Assembly: GCA_903850745.1 (NCBI GenBank)
Contig: CAINMH010000047.1
Location: 1 to 55,715, forward strand
Length of the DNA: 55,715 nucleotides
Reading direction: 5' to 3'
Source: an uncultured bacterium
Lineage (GTDB): Bacteria > Actinomycetota > Actinomycetes > S36-B12
The translations under genes and the position numbers were made by a program. Position 1 is the stretch's first letter. Every line of letters starts with the position of its first letter. Below the pieces are notes generated by a model that saw only the letters and a list, made by a program, of their open reading frames with translations, did not search any database and was not told where the DNA came from. Shown here piece after piece: positions 29,420 through 39,532 of this stretch.

Positions 29420-30610
29420 TTAGTCGCGAGGAGCGAGGCCGGGGAGGGCGAGCATGCGGTCGAGCGCGACACGGGCCCAGCGAGCTTCTTCGGGTTCCAC
29501 CGTGATGCGATTTACGACTATGCCATTGACCAGATTCTCGAGAGTCCACGCTAGGTGCGGGAGATCGATGCGGTTCATCGTGGAGCAGAAGCACACGGCC
29601 TTCTCCAAGTAGACGATCTCCTGATCGGGGTGCTCTATCGCGAGACGCCGCACCAGGTTCAATTCGGTGCCAACGGCCCATTTCGAACCAGCAGGTGCCG
29701 CCGCGATCGCGTTGATGATGTATTCAGTCGAACCCACTTCGTCAGCCAGGGACACGACTTCATGTGTGCATTCCGGGTGCACGATCACGCGCACTCCAGG
29801 AACGCGATCTCGAACATCGCGAACGCTATCAGCCGTAAACCGGCCATGAACTGAGCAGTGTCCGCGCCAGAGGATCATGCGCGCATCACGTAGTTGTTCT
29901 TCTGATAGTCCGCCACCCGGTTTGTGCGGATCGAATACGACGCAGTCGTCACGTGTCATTCCGAGATCGCGAATCGCGGTGTTGCGGCCAAGATGCTGGT
30001 CAGGCAGGAAGAACACCTGCTCGCCCTGAGCGAATGCCCATTCGAGTGCGCGTTTTGCGTTGCTGGACGTACACACCGCGCCGCCATGTCGTCCGGTAAA
30101 CGCTTTGATCGAGGCGGAGGAGTTCATGTACGTGATAGGGATGACGGACTTCGCAATGCCCGCAGCCTCAAAAACGTCCCACGCGTCTTCGACCTGATGG
30201 ATGGCCGCCATATCTGCCATGGAGCAGCCCGCAGCGAGATCCGGTAGGAGCACCTGTTGGCTGTCACTGGTCAGGATATCTGCACTCTCAGCCATGAAAT
30301 GGACGCCACAGAACACGATGAATTCGGCCTCTGGATGCGCGGCGGCCTGCTGTGACAACTTGTAAGAGTCGCCTGTCGTGTCAGCAAACTGGATCACTTC
30401 GTCGCGCTGATAGTGATGCCCGAGGATGTAGAGACGATCGCCAAGAATTGCGCGCGCGGTCCGAACGCGCTCGACCAGATTTGGGTCCGAAGCAGGCGGG
30501 AGGTCGCCGGGGCACTCCACGCCGGTCTCACTGTCGGGATCTGCATTTTTTCCCAGAAGCAGCAAGGCAAGCGGTGAAGGCTTCGGTTCGGCGAAGGTGC
30601 CACTCTCCAT
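29420..30610 (-). CDS. nadA: Quinolinate synthase
   Basis: Contains LALLLLGKNADPDSETGVECPGDLP, GHHYQRDEVIQFAD, CGVHFMAESADIL, HPEC and CSTM. Confidence 0.9.
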   Translation of the reverse strand: MESGTFAEPKPSPLALLLLGKNADPDSETGVECPGDLPPASDPNLVERVRTARAILGDRLYILGHHYQRDEVIQFADTTGDSYKLSQQAAAHPEAEFIVFCGVHFMAESADILTSDSQQVLLPDLAAGCSMADMAAIHQVEDAWDVFEAAGIAKSVIPITYMNSSASIKAFTGRHGGAVCTSSNAKRALEWAFAQGEQVFFLPDQHLGRNTAIRDLGMTRDDCVVFDPHKPGGGLSEEQLRDARMILWRGHCSVHGRFTADSVRDVRDRVPGVRVIVHPECTHEVVSLADEVGSTEYIINAIAAAPAGSKWAVGTELNLVRRLAIEHPDQEIVYLEKAVCFCSTMNRIDLPHLAWTLENLVNGIVVNRITVEPEEARWARVALDRMLALPGLAPRD

Positions 30611-30640
30611 TTGCGAAGTATCTCACGTAGCGTGTGTGGC

Positions 30641-31807
30641 GTGCGCGTACTCGTTGCCCCAGACAGTTTCACTGGCACGTTGAGCGCCGCTCAGGCGGCT
30701 GAGGCCATTGCTGCCGGGTGGGCCACAGAGGCGCCTGACGACGTCCTCGACCTTGCGCCAATGTCCGACGGCGGCCCGGGATTTGTCGACGCGATGGCGG
30801 CCTCGCTCAAGATCATCCCGCGAGATTGTGTGGTCACAGGGCCACTGGGCGTTGCAGTGGCGGCACAGTTTGCGCTGGACGAAGCGGCTGGCGTCGCGTA
30901 TGTGGAGTCGGCGCAAGCTGTAGGCCTTCACCTGATTGCACTTGCTGATCGTGACCCGCGTGTCACGACATCCTGGGGACTGGGGGAGTTGATCGTCGAA
31001 GCAGTGAAAGCCGGAGCGAGTCGAGTGGTCATTGGTGTGGGCGGAACCGGAGTGTGTGACGGGGGAGCCGGACTCTTGGCAGCCTTGAGTGCTACCGCGG
31101 TGAACCAGCACGGTGCAGATGCCACCCCAATGTTGCGCGGAGGCGGCATTGCGTTGAGTGAGATTCATCAGGTCAATCTCTCCACACCCCGCGCAGCCAT
31201 GTCCGGCGTCGAGATTGTCGTTGCATCTGATGTCGATTGCCCCCTGCTGGGCCCACGGGGTGCGGCGCGTGGATTCGCCGCACAAAAGGGCGCCCAGCCT
31301 GAAGCGGTAGATGCACTCGAGGTCGCATTGAGTACATGGAGCACGGCTCTCGGCGCCATAGACGTGCAGGGGAAGATGAAACAGGTCGGCGTCCTCCTGG
31401 GCGCCGGAGCCGGCGGAGGCATCGGAGCGGCTCTTTTCGCGCTAGGCGCCACCCGTCAGCCGGGTATCGACTATGTCCTCGCAGCTAGTGATGTTGCAAG
31501 GCGCGCTCAGGAAGCTGATCTGGTCATCACCGGTGAAGGAAGCTTCGATTGGCAGTCGCTGCGAGGCAAAGCGGTATCCGGGGTCGCGGCCGCGGCGCTC
31601 ACCGCCGGACGTCCGGTAGTGGTGCTGGCCGGGCGCGTTGAGGTGGGCCGTCGGGAATGGGCCGGCATTGGAGTATCGGGTGCCTACTCTCTGACGGATT
31701 TAGCCGGCTCAGCCGAGCTAGCCATGTCGGACGCTCCCCACTGGCTGAGGGAGGTCGCCGCGCGCGCCGCGAGATCGTGGTCGCGCGGGTTGCAGGTGCG
31801 TACTTAG
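30641..31807 (+). CDS. glxK: Glycerate kinase
   Basis: Has the N-terminus VRVLVAPDSFTGTLSAAQAAEAIAAGW and the motif ITGEGSFDWQSLRGK. GTG 30641 was chosen (alternatives are 30632 and 30611). Confidence 0.85.
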   Translation: MRVLVAPDSFTGTLSAAQAAEAIAAGWATEAPDDVLDLAPMSDGGPGFVDAMAASLKIIPRDCVVTGPLGVAVAAQFALDEAAGVAYVESAQAVGLHLIALADRDPRVTTSWGLGELIVEAVKAGASRVVIGVGGTGVCDGGAGLLAALSATAVNQHGADATPMLRGGGIALSEIHQVNLSTPRAAMSGVEIVVASDVDCPLLGPRGAARGFAAQKGAQPEAVDALEVALSTWSTALGAIDVQGKMKQVGVLLGAGAGGGIGAALFALGATRQPGIDYVLAASDVARRAQEADLVITGEGSFDWQSLRGKAVSGVAAAALTAGRPVVVLAGRVEVGRREWAGIGVSGAYSLTDLAGSAELAMSDAPHWLREVAARAARSWSRGLQVRT

Positions 31808-31856
31808 GGCAGCCTGTGTAACACTAGGGACATCCGCTGCTCGTAAGGAGTGCTCA

Positions 31857-32210
31857 ATGACCGCTGATTCCGTAGTCGAGACGACCGATGGCCTCATCCT
31901 CAGCGATGCCGCTGCAGCTAAGGTCCGCATTCTGCTTGAGGCAGAAGGCCGTGATGACCTCACCCTGCGTGTTGCTGTGCAGCCTGGCGGATGCTCCGGC
32001 CTTAAGTACCAACTCTTCTTTGACGACCGCAAAATGGATGGCGACGTGCTCAAGGATTTCGGCGGCGTACAGGTTGTCACCGACCGCATGAGTGCTCCCT
32101 ACCTTGGCGGCGCAACCATCGACTTCGTGGACTCCATTGAGAAGCAGGGGTTCACCATTGACAACCCCAACGCCACGGGTTCGTGCGCCTGCGGCGACTC
32201 GTTTAGCTAA
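31857..32210 (+). CDS. erpA: HesB/IscA-family iron-sulfur cluster insertion protein
   Basis: Contains LRVAVQPGGCSGLKYQLFFDD and a C-terminal GSCACGDSFS. AAGGAG SD is present. Confidence 0.9.
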   Translation: MTADSVVETTDGLILSDAAAAKVRILLEAEGRDDLTLRVAVQPGGCSGLKYQLFFDDRKMDGDVLKDFGGVQVVTDRMSAPYLGGATIDFVDSIEKQGFTIDNPNATGSCACGDSFS

Positions 32211-32248
32211 TTCGTCGTCCTTCGCGCGTGGACCGATAGGGTCGCGCC

Positions 32249-33235
32249 GTGCGCATAGTCATCACCGGGTCCATAGCGACCGATCACCTCATGTCGTTTT
32301 CCGGCAAGTTCACCGATTCGTTGGTCGTGGACAAACTGGACTCGATCAGCCTTTCCTTCCTCGTGGACGATCTTGATGTCCGTAGAGGGGGAGTAGGAGC
32401 CAACGTCGCCTTCGGGCTCGGTTCACTGGGTGTCCCGGTGGCTCTAGTGGGTGCAGTGGGCCGTGACTTCGATGACTACCGCTCCTGGCTGGAACGCCAC
32501 GGTGTCGACACCGACTCGGTGCACGTGTCGGATGTTCATCACACAGCGCGTTTTGTGTGCACCACCGACGTGGCAAGCAACCAAATCGCATCGTTCTACC
32601 CCGGTGCCATGTCCGAGGCCCGCAATATCGAACTCCTCCCCGTGAGCCAGAGATTGGGCGGGACGGACCTCGTGCTGGTGGGGCCCAATGATCCGCAAGC
32701 AATGCTTCGGCACACTCAAGAGTGCCGCGATCGCGGCATTGCCTTCGCGGCCGATCCCTCTCAGCAACTTGCCTTTCTGGACGGTGACGCCATTCGGCCA
32801 CTGATCGAGGGCGCGTCGTATCTCTTCACCAATGAATACGAGGCCGCGCTTACCGAGCAAAAAACCGGATGGTCGGCAGCCGATGTGCTCGAGCGCGTGG
32901 AGTGTCGCGTGACGACGCTGGGCGCGAAAGGAGCTCGCGTCGAACGCAGCGGTCAACCAGCGGTTCACGTAGATGTGCCGAAGGAACGCGGCAAGGCAGA
33001 CCCCACCGGCGTAGGTGACGCGTTTCGCGCCGGTTTCATCTCGGGTTTGCATTGGGGTCTAGGTGACGAAAGGTGTGCGCAGATCGGCTCGATGCTAGCT
33101 ACCTACGTCATCGAAACAATCGGCACACAGGAATACACCTTCACGCCTGAAGACTTCCTCGAACGCTTCACAGAGGCCTATGGGGTGCAAGCCGCAAGCG
33201 AGCTTTCGCCGCACCTGCAATCCACATTGGTGTGA
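32249..33235 (+). CDS. PfkB-family carbohydrate/adenosine kinase (Rv2202c-like)
   Basis: Contains MRIVITGSIATDHLM, RRGGVGANVAFGLG and DPTGVGDAFRAGF. Confidence 0.85.
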   Translation: MRIVITGSIATDHLMSFSGKFTDSLVVDKLDSISLSFLVDDLDVRRGGVGANVAFGLGSLGVPVALVGAVGRDFDDYRSWLERHGVDTDSVHVSDVHHTARFVCTTDVASNQIASFYPGAMSEARNIELLPVSQRLGGTDLVLVGPNDPQAMLRHTQECRDRGIAFAADPSQQLAFLDGDAIRPLIEGASYLFTNEYEAALTEQKTGWSAADVLERVECRVTTLGAKGARVERSGQPAVHVDVPKERGKADPTGVGDAFRAGFISGLHWGLGDERCAQIGSMLATYVIETIGTQEYTFTPEDFLERFTEAYGVQAASELSPHLQSTLV

Positions 33236-33236
33236 T

Positions 33237-33917
33237 GTGACGAGTCGGTCGGTTCCTCCCTGCCAGTGGGAACTCCCCGACCCTCGTACGGCGCAAGCGG
33301 GCGAGGACCTTGTGGGCGTCGGTGCAGACCTTGAGCCTGGAACCCTGCTGCAGGCATATTCGACGGGGCTCTTCCCGATGGATGTCCAGCCCGAGGGAAT
33401 TCTCGGCTGGTGGTCGCCAGACCCACGCGCGGTGCTTCCGCTAGACGCTCTTCGGGTCACCAGATCGCTGCGGAAGTCCATGGGACATTTTTCGGTGACG
33501 CGTGACGTTGCGTTTCGCGAAGTGATGTCCGCGTGTTCACGCCCAACCGCCCCTGACGTGTGGATTACGCAAAAATTCATGAACGCCTACTGTCTCCTGC
33601 ATGACATGGGTTGGGCTCACTCCTTCGAAGTGTGGAGCGGCAAGGATCTAGTGGGTGGGCTCTACGGGGTTGAAGTCGGCGGTTTATTTGCTGGCGAGTC
33701 AATGTTTCATCGCGCACGTGACGCATCCAAGGCGGCTTTAGTCGCTTTGGTGGACGCACTGGGCGGCGCCGAAGGCGCACGCGAAGGTCGGGTGCTTGAT
33801 GTGCAATGGCGTACTGATCATCTGGGCAGTATGGGAGCTGAGGAGATTCCGCGCTTGTCCTATCTCGACCGGATCGCCAAGGCGATTACCCTGCCGTCAG
33901 TGTTGTCAGCCGGGTAG
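33237..33917 (+). CDS. aat: Leucyl/phenylalanyl-tRNA--protein transferase
   Basis: Contains LLQAYSTGLFPM, GWWSPDPRAVLPL and GESMFH. GTG 33237 lies right after the upstream stop. Confidence 0.85.
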   Translation: MTSRSVPPCQWELPDPRTAQAGEDLVGVGADLEPGTLLQAYSTGLFPMDVQPEGILGWWSPDPRAVLPLDALRVTRSLRKSMGHFSVTRDVAFREVMSACSRPTAPDVWITQKFMNAYCLLHDMGWAHSFEVWSGKDLVGGLYGVEVGGLFAGESMFHRARDASKAALVALVDALGGAEGAREGRVLDVQWRTDHLGSMGAEEIPRLSYLDRIAKAITLPSVLSAG

Positions 33918-34154
33918 TTGAACCACGTAATGCACGCCGCCGTTTCCGTCTGATGCGGCAAAGGAATCCATCAGGTGCGCACCCTTAAGTCGACACCATG
34001 CGGGTATGTCCACATCTGCTGCCGGATCGTCAGCGATGATTTCGACGATGCTCGCTGGCGGCAAGCCCCCGAGCGCCTTACTCAGCGCGATGATGGGTAG
34101 GGGGCATCTGGATCCGCGTTCGTCAATCAGTGTGTGTGGTTCAGGTGGCGTCAT
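33906..34154 (-). CDS. TusA/SirA-family sulfurtransferase-like protein
   Basis: 82 aa with DERGSRCPLPII (CPxP motif). ATGA overlap with the upstream desulfurase-like gene. Confidence 0.8.
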   Translation of the reverse strand: MTPPEPHTLIDERGSRCPLPIIALSKALGGLPPASIVEIIADDPAADVDIPAWCRLKGAHLMDSFAASDGNGGVHYVVQLPG

Positions 34155-35251
34155 AGGAGCCTTCCTCGCGCCTCGTCGACTATCTGCGGCAGCACAACCA
34201 TGAATCGTTCAACGTCGGCACGGGTGACGTCCCAGGGCAGCCCAATTCGCAGATTGCCATGAGTCAGCGCTCCCATGGCTGCGAGCACGTGGCTGGGAAG
34301 GAGATCCTCGGCCACGCACGCAGAGCCGCTCGCCACCGAGAAGCCCTCTCGATCAAGTTCTCGGACCAAGGTTTCGCCATCGACATACATACAGGTGAGC
34401 GTCACGACGTGGGGGAGTCGCTGCATGGGGTGGCCCACGGCGTGGCAATCTGGAATTTCCGCCGCCATACGCGTCCGGAGGAGGTCCACCAGTTCGCTCA
34501 CGCGCGAGCCGTGCTGTGCAGCTTGACGGGAGGACTCCTCCAGTGCGATGGCCGCGGCGGTTGCGAGCGGAACAGATGTGCTTTCATCTGCGAACTCACT
34601 TGGGTTCCAGCGCACACCCGTACGAACTGCCAGAATTCCGATGCCGGATGGCCCGCCGAACGACTCAGGTGCCGCCGTGAGGACTGACCACACGGGCGGA
34701 ATGTCTACGTACCCAGCGGCTGCGGACGCATCGCACACGAGGGGAATTCCTCGCATCGCAAGGCCAGTGGATACGGCCTCAACTGGCTGGAGAGTTCCGA
34801 CCTCTTGATTCGCCACCTGCAGACAGGCGGCTGTTGTTTCAGGCCGACAGGCGGCTAGGAAATCATCGGGGTCTACCTGCCCGAATGAGTCGACACCCAC
34901 CTCGACCATCGGCTGCCCGAAAGCTTGGGCCGCTCCGATGATCGTGGAGTGCTCCACCGCCGAAGTGACCACGGGACCCGGATGTCGCGTTGTCGGCACT
35001 AAACCCGCCACTGCGCGTCGTCTGGCGAGGGCCACGGACGGTGTGAAACTGATCTCATCGGCGCGGACGCCGAGAGACACTGCGATGGACTCCTTGGCTG
35101 CGTCGAGCAGCAACTGCGATTGCCGGGCCTCGCCATAAAGCCTTGTGGGATCAGCCCATCCGGCGTCAAGCGCCACTAAAAGGGCCTCCCGAGCAGCGGT
35201 TCCCAGGGGTGCCCGGGAGGTCATATCCCAGAAGCAACGCGTCGGCGACAT
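34151..35251 (-). CDS. Class V aminotransferase / cysteine-desulfurase homologue, apparently lacking the PLP lysine
   Basis: Contains the Cys loop ASGSACVAEDLLPSHVLAAMG. At the SxHK(I/L)xGPxGxG position the sequence reads APESFGGPSGIGILAVR (E-S replaces H-K). ATG 35251 was chosen, because the longer ORF runs into ctaC. Confidence 0.7.
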   Translation of the reverse strand: MSPTRCFWDMTSRAPLGTAAREALLVALDAGWADPTRLYGEARQSQLLLDAAKESIAVSLGVRADEISFTPSVALARRRAVAGLVPTTRHPGPVVTSAVEHSTIIGAAQAFGQPMVEVGVDSFGQVDPDDFLAACRPETTAACLQVANQEVGTLQPVEAVSTGLAMRGIPLVCDASAAAGYVDIPPVWSVLTAAPESFGGPSGIGILAVRTGVRWNPSEFADESTSVPLATAAAIALEESSRQAAQHGSRVSELVDLLRTRMAAEIPDCHAVGHPMQRLPHVVTLTCMYVDGETLVRELDREGFSVASGSACVAEDLLPSHVLAAMGALTHGNLRIGLPWDVTRADVERFMVVLPQIVDEARGRLL

Positions 35252-35342
35252 GAGAGGAAAACTACCCCGCCTCGCCCTGAGGCTTCTCACGCCGTGCGAT
35301 AAGGTCGGAGGAGTTTGAGTAGACTCGTGAGGAAGGCAATCC

Positions 35343-36170
35343 GTGGCACGTCCGACAGCTCCTCGCCGTAGGGCGAAGTTCTTGGTTGCAGCCGTACTGG
35401 CGGGCGCAACCTTGTCCCTCTCGGGTTGTACCTGGAATGAGGCACTCTTCTTCAACCTGCCAGAGCCTGCCACCGAGGAGGGTGCTGGCATAGCCAATCT
35501 GTGGCAGGGCGCCTGGATTGCCGCGTGGGGCGTGGGCATCTTCACGTGGGCTCTCATGCTGTGGGCATCTTTCGCCTATTTGCGCAGATGGCGTCGCAAC
35601 CGGGACATGCCCGCTCAGACTGCCTACAACCTTCCGCTCGAACTCCTCTATACGCTCGTTCCCCTAGTCATGATCATCGGGCTTTTCGCATTCACCATTC
35701 GTGTGCAAACGCCCGTCGTCGCGGTGGAGAACAATCAAAAGCAGACTGTCAACGTCGTGGGTTTTCGCTGGTCATGGGGCTTTAACTATCTAGACCAGCA
35801 GGTCTGGGACAGCGGCACTCCCGATGCCCGTCCGACCTTGTGGCTCCCGGTAGATGAAAAGGTGAAGTTTGAACTGACGTCTCCCGACGTGATCCACTCC
35901 TTCTGGGTGCCGGATTTCCTCTTCAAAATGGACGTTATTCCGGGCAAAATGAACGTCTTCGAACTCACTCCCAATAAGACCGGAACATTCATCGGTAGAT
36001 GTGCGGAGTTGTGTGGCACCTACCACGCGCAGATGCTGTTCGACGTGAAGGTTGTTACCCGGGCTGAGTTTGATCAGCACATGGCCGATCTCAAGGCCAA
36101 GGGGCAGATCGGCATGCTCCCCAGCGGTATTACTACTGGCGAACGAGAATCCGAAGGGAAGAACCTGTGA
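35343..36170 (+). CDS. ctaC: Cytochrome c oxidase subunit II
   Basis: Has a lipoprotein-type signal (LSLSGCTW) and the CuA site HSFWVPDF...[20 protein letters not shown] is present. Confidence 0.9.
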   Translation: MARPTAPRRRAKFLVAAVLAGATLSLSGCTWNEALFFNLPEPATEEGAGIANLWQGAWIAAWGVGIFTWALMLWASFAYLRRWRRNRDMPAQTAYNLPLELLYTLVPLVMIIGLFAFTIRVQTPVVAVENNQKQTVNVVGFRWSWGFNYLDQQVWDSGTPDARPTLWLPVDEKVKFELTSPDVIHSFWVPDFLFKMDVIPGKMNVFELTPNKTGTFIGRCAELCGTYHAQMLFDVKVVTRAEFDQHMADLKAKGQIGMLPSGITTGERESEGKNL

Positions 36171-37900
36171 CCATCCTGAACGAGCGACCGACCACTTCGG
36201 CACTTGGGCCGGAGGCGCGTAAGCAGGTCCGCCGCAGCCATTTGGGCCGCACCGCCGTGAAGTGGCTCACCTCAACCGATCACAAAACCATCGGCTACAT
36301 GTACATCATTATGTCGACGATCTTCTTCATGGCCGCCGGCTTGATGGCCCTCGTGATTCGCGCAGAGCTTGCCGTTCCCGGAATGCAATTTATCTCTCTC
36401 GAGCAGTACAACCAGATGTTCACGATGCACGGAACTATCATGCTGTTCCTCTTTGCTACTCCACTTTTCGTTGGCTTTGGCAATGTCATTATGCCGTTGC
36501 AAATCGGCGCCCCTGATGTGGCTTTTCCGCGTCTGAACATGCTGGGTTTCTGGCTGTTTTTCTTCGGTGGTTTGACGGTCTGTATTTCGTTCCTCACGCC
36601 CGGCGGTTCAGCGTCCTTTGGCTGGTTCGCTTATTCGCCGTTGAGCAGCATTGTGAACTCACCTCAGGTAGGTGCGGATCTGTGGATTCTGGGTCTAGCA
36701 ACTGGTGGTCTCGGCACAATTCTTGGCGGCGTCAACTTCATCACCACTATCTTCTGCATGCGGGCCCCAGGCATGACGATGTTCCGGATGCCGATCTTCA
36801 CGTGGACGGTCTTGGTCACGAGTGTGCTGGTACTCCTCGCATTCCCCATCCTGGCCGCGAGCCTCGTTGTCTTGTTTGCTGATCGAAAATTTGGGTCCGT
36901 CGTCTTCGCATCTGAAAATGGTGGAGCAATTCTCTGGCAGCATCTCTTCTGGTTCTTCGGTCACCCGGAGGTCTATATCCTCGCCTTACCGTTCTTCGGC
37001 ATCGCGAGTGAGATTATTCCCGTTTTCTCGCGCAAGCCCATCTTCGGCTACAAGGGCCTCATCTTGGCGACGATGGCAATTGGCGCACTGTCCGTCGCAG
37101 TGTGGGCACACCACATGTACGTGACGGGGTCCGTCTACCTGCCGTTCTTCGCCTTCATGACCATGCTTATTGCAGTGCCCACAGGAGTGAAATTCTTCAA
37201 CTGGATTGGCACCATGTGGCGTGGTTCGGTGTCCTTCGATACCCCGATGTTGTGGACGATGGGCTTCCTCGTCACATTCCTTTTCGGTGGGCTCACCGGC
37301 ATTATCCTTTCGGCTCCGCCGCTGGACTTCCATGTCTCTGACAGCTACTTCATCGTGGCCCACTTCCACTACACGGTGTTTGGCACCGTCGTCTTCATGT
37401 TCTTCGCTGGCTTGTACTTCTGGTGGCCAAAGATGACCGGGCGGATGCTCAACGAGAAGCTAGGCAAGATCCATTTCTGGACACTGTTCATCGGCTTCCA
37501 GACGACGTTCCTCGTGCAGCACTGGCTTGGTGTCGAAGGAATGCCGCGTCGATACGGTGACTATCTGGAGAGCGACGGATTCACTGCGCTCAACACGGTG
37601 TCGTCCATCGGTGCCGCAATTCTGGGGCTGTCGATGATCTTCTTCCTGTGGAACGTGTTCTCTACTTGGAAGAACGCACCTAAGGTCACAGTGGATGACC
37701 CTTGGGGCTACGGAGCATCGTTGGAATGGGCCACGTCCTGCCCGCCTCCCCGCCATAACTTCACGTCCTTGCCCCGCATTCGCTCTGAGCGTCCGGTCTG
37801 GGACATGAACCACCCCGAGCACTCGACGGTCTCGCCCACGGTCCGCAAGGCGGCGGTGAGCACTGCTCTCGGCGGCACTAGCGAGGGGAGCGGATCGTGA
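36167..37900 (+). CDS. ctaD: Cytochrome c oxidase subunit I
   Basis: 577 aa with [11 protein letters not shown] and HHMY. GTGA overlap with ctaC. Confidence 0.95.
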   Translation: MTILNERPTTSALGPEARKQVRRSHLGRTAVKWLTSTDHKTIGYMYIIMSTIFFMAAGLMALVIRAELAVPGMQFISLEQYNQMFTMHGTIMLFLFATPLFVGFGNVIMPLQIGAPDVAFPRLNMLGFWLFFFGGLTVCISFLTPGGSASFGWFAYSPLSSIVNSPQVGADLWILGLATGGLGTILGGVNFITTIFCMRAPGMTMFRMPIFTWTVLVTSVLVLLAFPILAASLVVLFADRKFGSVVFASENGGAILWQHLFWFFGHPEVYILALPFFGIASEIIPVFSRKPIFGYKGLILATMAIGALSVAVWAHHMYVTGSVYLPFFAFMTMLIAVPTGVKFFNWIGTMWRGSVSFDTPMLWTMGFLVTFLFGGLTGIILSAPPLDFHVSDSYFIVAHFHYTVFGTVVFMFFAGLYFWWPKMTGRMLNEKLGKIHFWTLFIGFQTTFLVQHWLGVEGMPRRYGDYLESDGFTALNTVSSIGAAILGLSMIFFLWNVFSTWKNAPKVTVDDPWGYGASLEWATSCPPPRHNFTSLPRIRSERPVWDMNHPEHSTVSPTVRKAAVSTALGGTSEGSGS

Positions 37901-38292
37901 AGATTGAGGGCTGGATCTTCATTCTGGGTGCGATCTTCTTCTGGCTAGTCTCGGCCGTCTACTGGGTGCTCAGCAACGACGAGATCGGTACCACCGCGAT
38001 GGCCATGACGGGCTTCCTCGCCGGATTGGTGGGCGTCTACCTCCTGGTCACCGCCAAGCGTGTGTATCCCCGCCCTGAGGACCGCAAGGATGCCGAAATT
38101 GATGAAGCCGATCCCGAATATGGGTTCTTTTCCCCGCCTTCGTGGTGGCCATTGGTTGTTGCTCTTGGGGCAGCAGTCATAGTAATGGGACTCGTGTTTG
38201 CGGTGTGGCTCATCGTTCTTGGGATTTTTCTCCTTATGATTGCAATCGTCGGCTGGCTGTACGAGTACTACCGCGGCAGCTTCGCCCGATAG
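37897..38292 (+). CDS. ctaF: Cytochrome c oxidase subunit IV (actinobacterial CtaF)
   Basis: 131 aa with 4 TM segments. GTGA overlap with ctaD. Confidence 0.85.
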   Translation: MKIEGWIFILGAIFFWLVSAVYWVLSNDEIGTTAMAMTGFLAGLVGVYLLVTAKRVYPRPEDRKDAEIDEADPEYGFFSPPSWWPLVVALGAAVIVMGLVFAVWLIVLGIFLLMIAIVGWLYEYYRGSFAR

Positions 38293-38343
38293 CATCCCGG
38301 TTCTCCCGAGGTGCTCAAGAGGCTGCATCTGGGAGGCTAGAGG

Positions 38344-39528
38344 GTGTCGCGACGTTCGACCGTGCGCCGGACTCGATTGGCCGTCACCGCTGCGGTCCCC
38401 TCAGTCGTGCTTCTTGGCGTGGTGTTGTTTTCGCATCAGCCCAGCATCGCCTTGTTATCCCCAGCCCGGGGTTCCTCAGACGCCAGCATCGTCGTCGAGT
38501 CTCAAGAGGGCGGTATTCCGGTCACTGAGCCGCTGCGGGTGCGAGCAGCGGGCGGCACTCTCGTGGATGTCGAAGTCTATGGAAATGACGGAACGCCGCT
38601 TCTGGGGACTGTGAGCGACGATGGCAGCTCTTGGCAGTCAGACTCTCGGCAATTGCCCTTTGGAGTGGCCTACGACGTTCAGGTGACTGCCGTAGACGCC
38701 TTCGGGTCTGAGGTGACCCACGAGGAGCAGGTCACTACGACGAACCCCGATGGTGTCCTCAAGGCCCTCATTACCCCTTGGTACAGCCAGCAAATCGGCG
38801 TCGGTATGCCGATCACTATTGATTTCTCCTACCCAGTAGAGAACAAAGTGGCCGTGGAGCAGAGCCTCACGGTGGAGACTTCGGTTGCCGTCGAAGGCGC
38901 TTGGTCGTGGATTAACGATCAGCAGATTTCCTACCGGCCGAGGACTTTCTGGCCGGGTGGAACACGGGTGACGGTTGCTGCCAATCTGCGCGGAGTTGAG
39001 GCTTCTCCAGGGGTATTCGGTGGAGAGGATCAGGAAGTGGTCTTTTCCTTCTTCAGGCGCCAGGAGATCCTGGTAGACGCCAAAGCACTCACTTTGACTG
39101 TGGTGCGAGACGGAACCAAAATCAAGAGCTTCCCGGTCACCACGGGTCGAGATGGTCTGGAGACGATGTCCGGGACAACCGTCGTCTTGACGCGTGAGCG
39201 CCGTCGAGTCATGGACACGGCCAGCGCCGGAGTCCCCAAAGATGACCCCAACGCATACCGAGTCAAGGTTGAATACGCGATGCGGATGACCTGGACGGGG
39301 GAGTTCTTGCACGCTTCTCCGTGGGCCGCGGCAGACTGGGGCAAGAATCGCACCAGCCATGGCTGCGTATCCATGAGCACGGAGAATGCCAAGTGGCTCT
39401 TTGAGAACACCGAAATCGGAGATCCGGTCACAGTCACCGGCACACCCAAGACACAGAAAATGGGCGATGGCGTAACTGTGTGGAACGTGCCTTGGGACGA
39501 GTGGGTTGCCGGTTCAGCTCTGAACTGA
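38344..39528 (+). CDS. L,D-transpeptidase (YkuD domain with N-terminal Ig-like domains)
   Basis: Has an N-terminal TM anchor and the catalytic motif HASPW...SHGCVSMSTENAKWLF. GGGAGG SD is present. Confidence 0.85.
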   Translation: MSRRSTVRRTRLAVTAAVPSVVLLGVVLFSHQPSIALLSPARGSSDASIVVESQEGGIPVTEPLRVRAAGGTLVDVEVYGNDGTPLLGTVSDDGSSWQSDSRQLPFGVAYDVQVTAVDAFGSEVTHEEQVTTTNPDGVLKALITPWYSQQIGVGMPITIDFSYPVENKVAVEQSLTVETSVAVEGAWSWINDQQISYRPRTFWPGGTRVTVAANLRGVEASPGVFGGEDQEVVFSFFRRQEILVDAKALTLTVVRDGTKIKSFPVTTGRDGLETMSGTTVVLTRERRRVMDTASAGVPKDDPNAYRVKVEYAMRMTWTGEFLHASPWAAADWGKNRTSHGCVSMSTENAKWLFENTEIGDPVTVTGTPKTQKMGDGVTVWNVPWDEWVAGSALN

Positions 39529-39532
39529 CCGG

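Noticed and set aside
29420-30610. nadA without adjacent nadB/nadC, considered as a horizontally acquired island
   Set aside because: Composition and codon usage look like the flanking genes, no mobility genes or repeats are present, and nadB/nadC may simply lie elsewhere.
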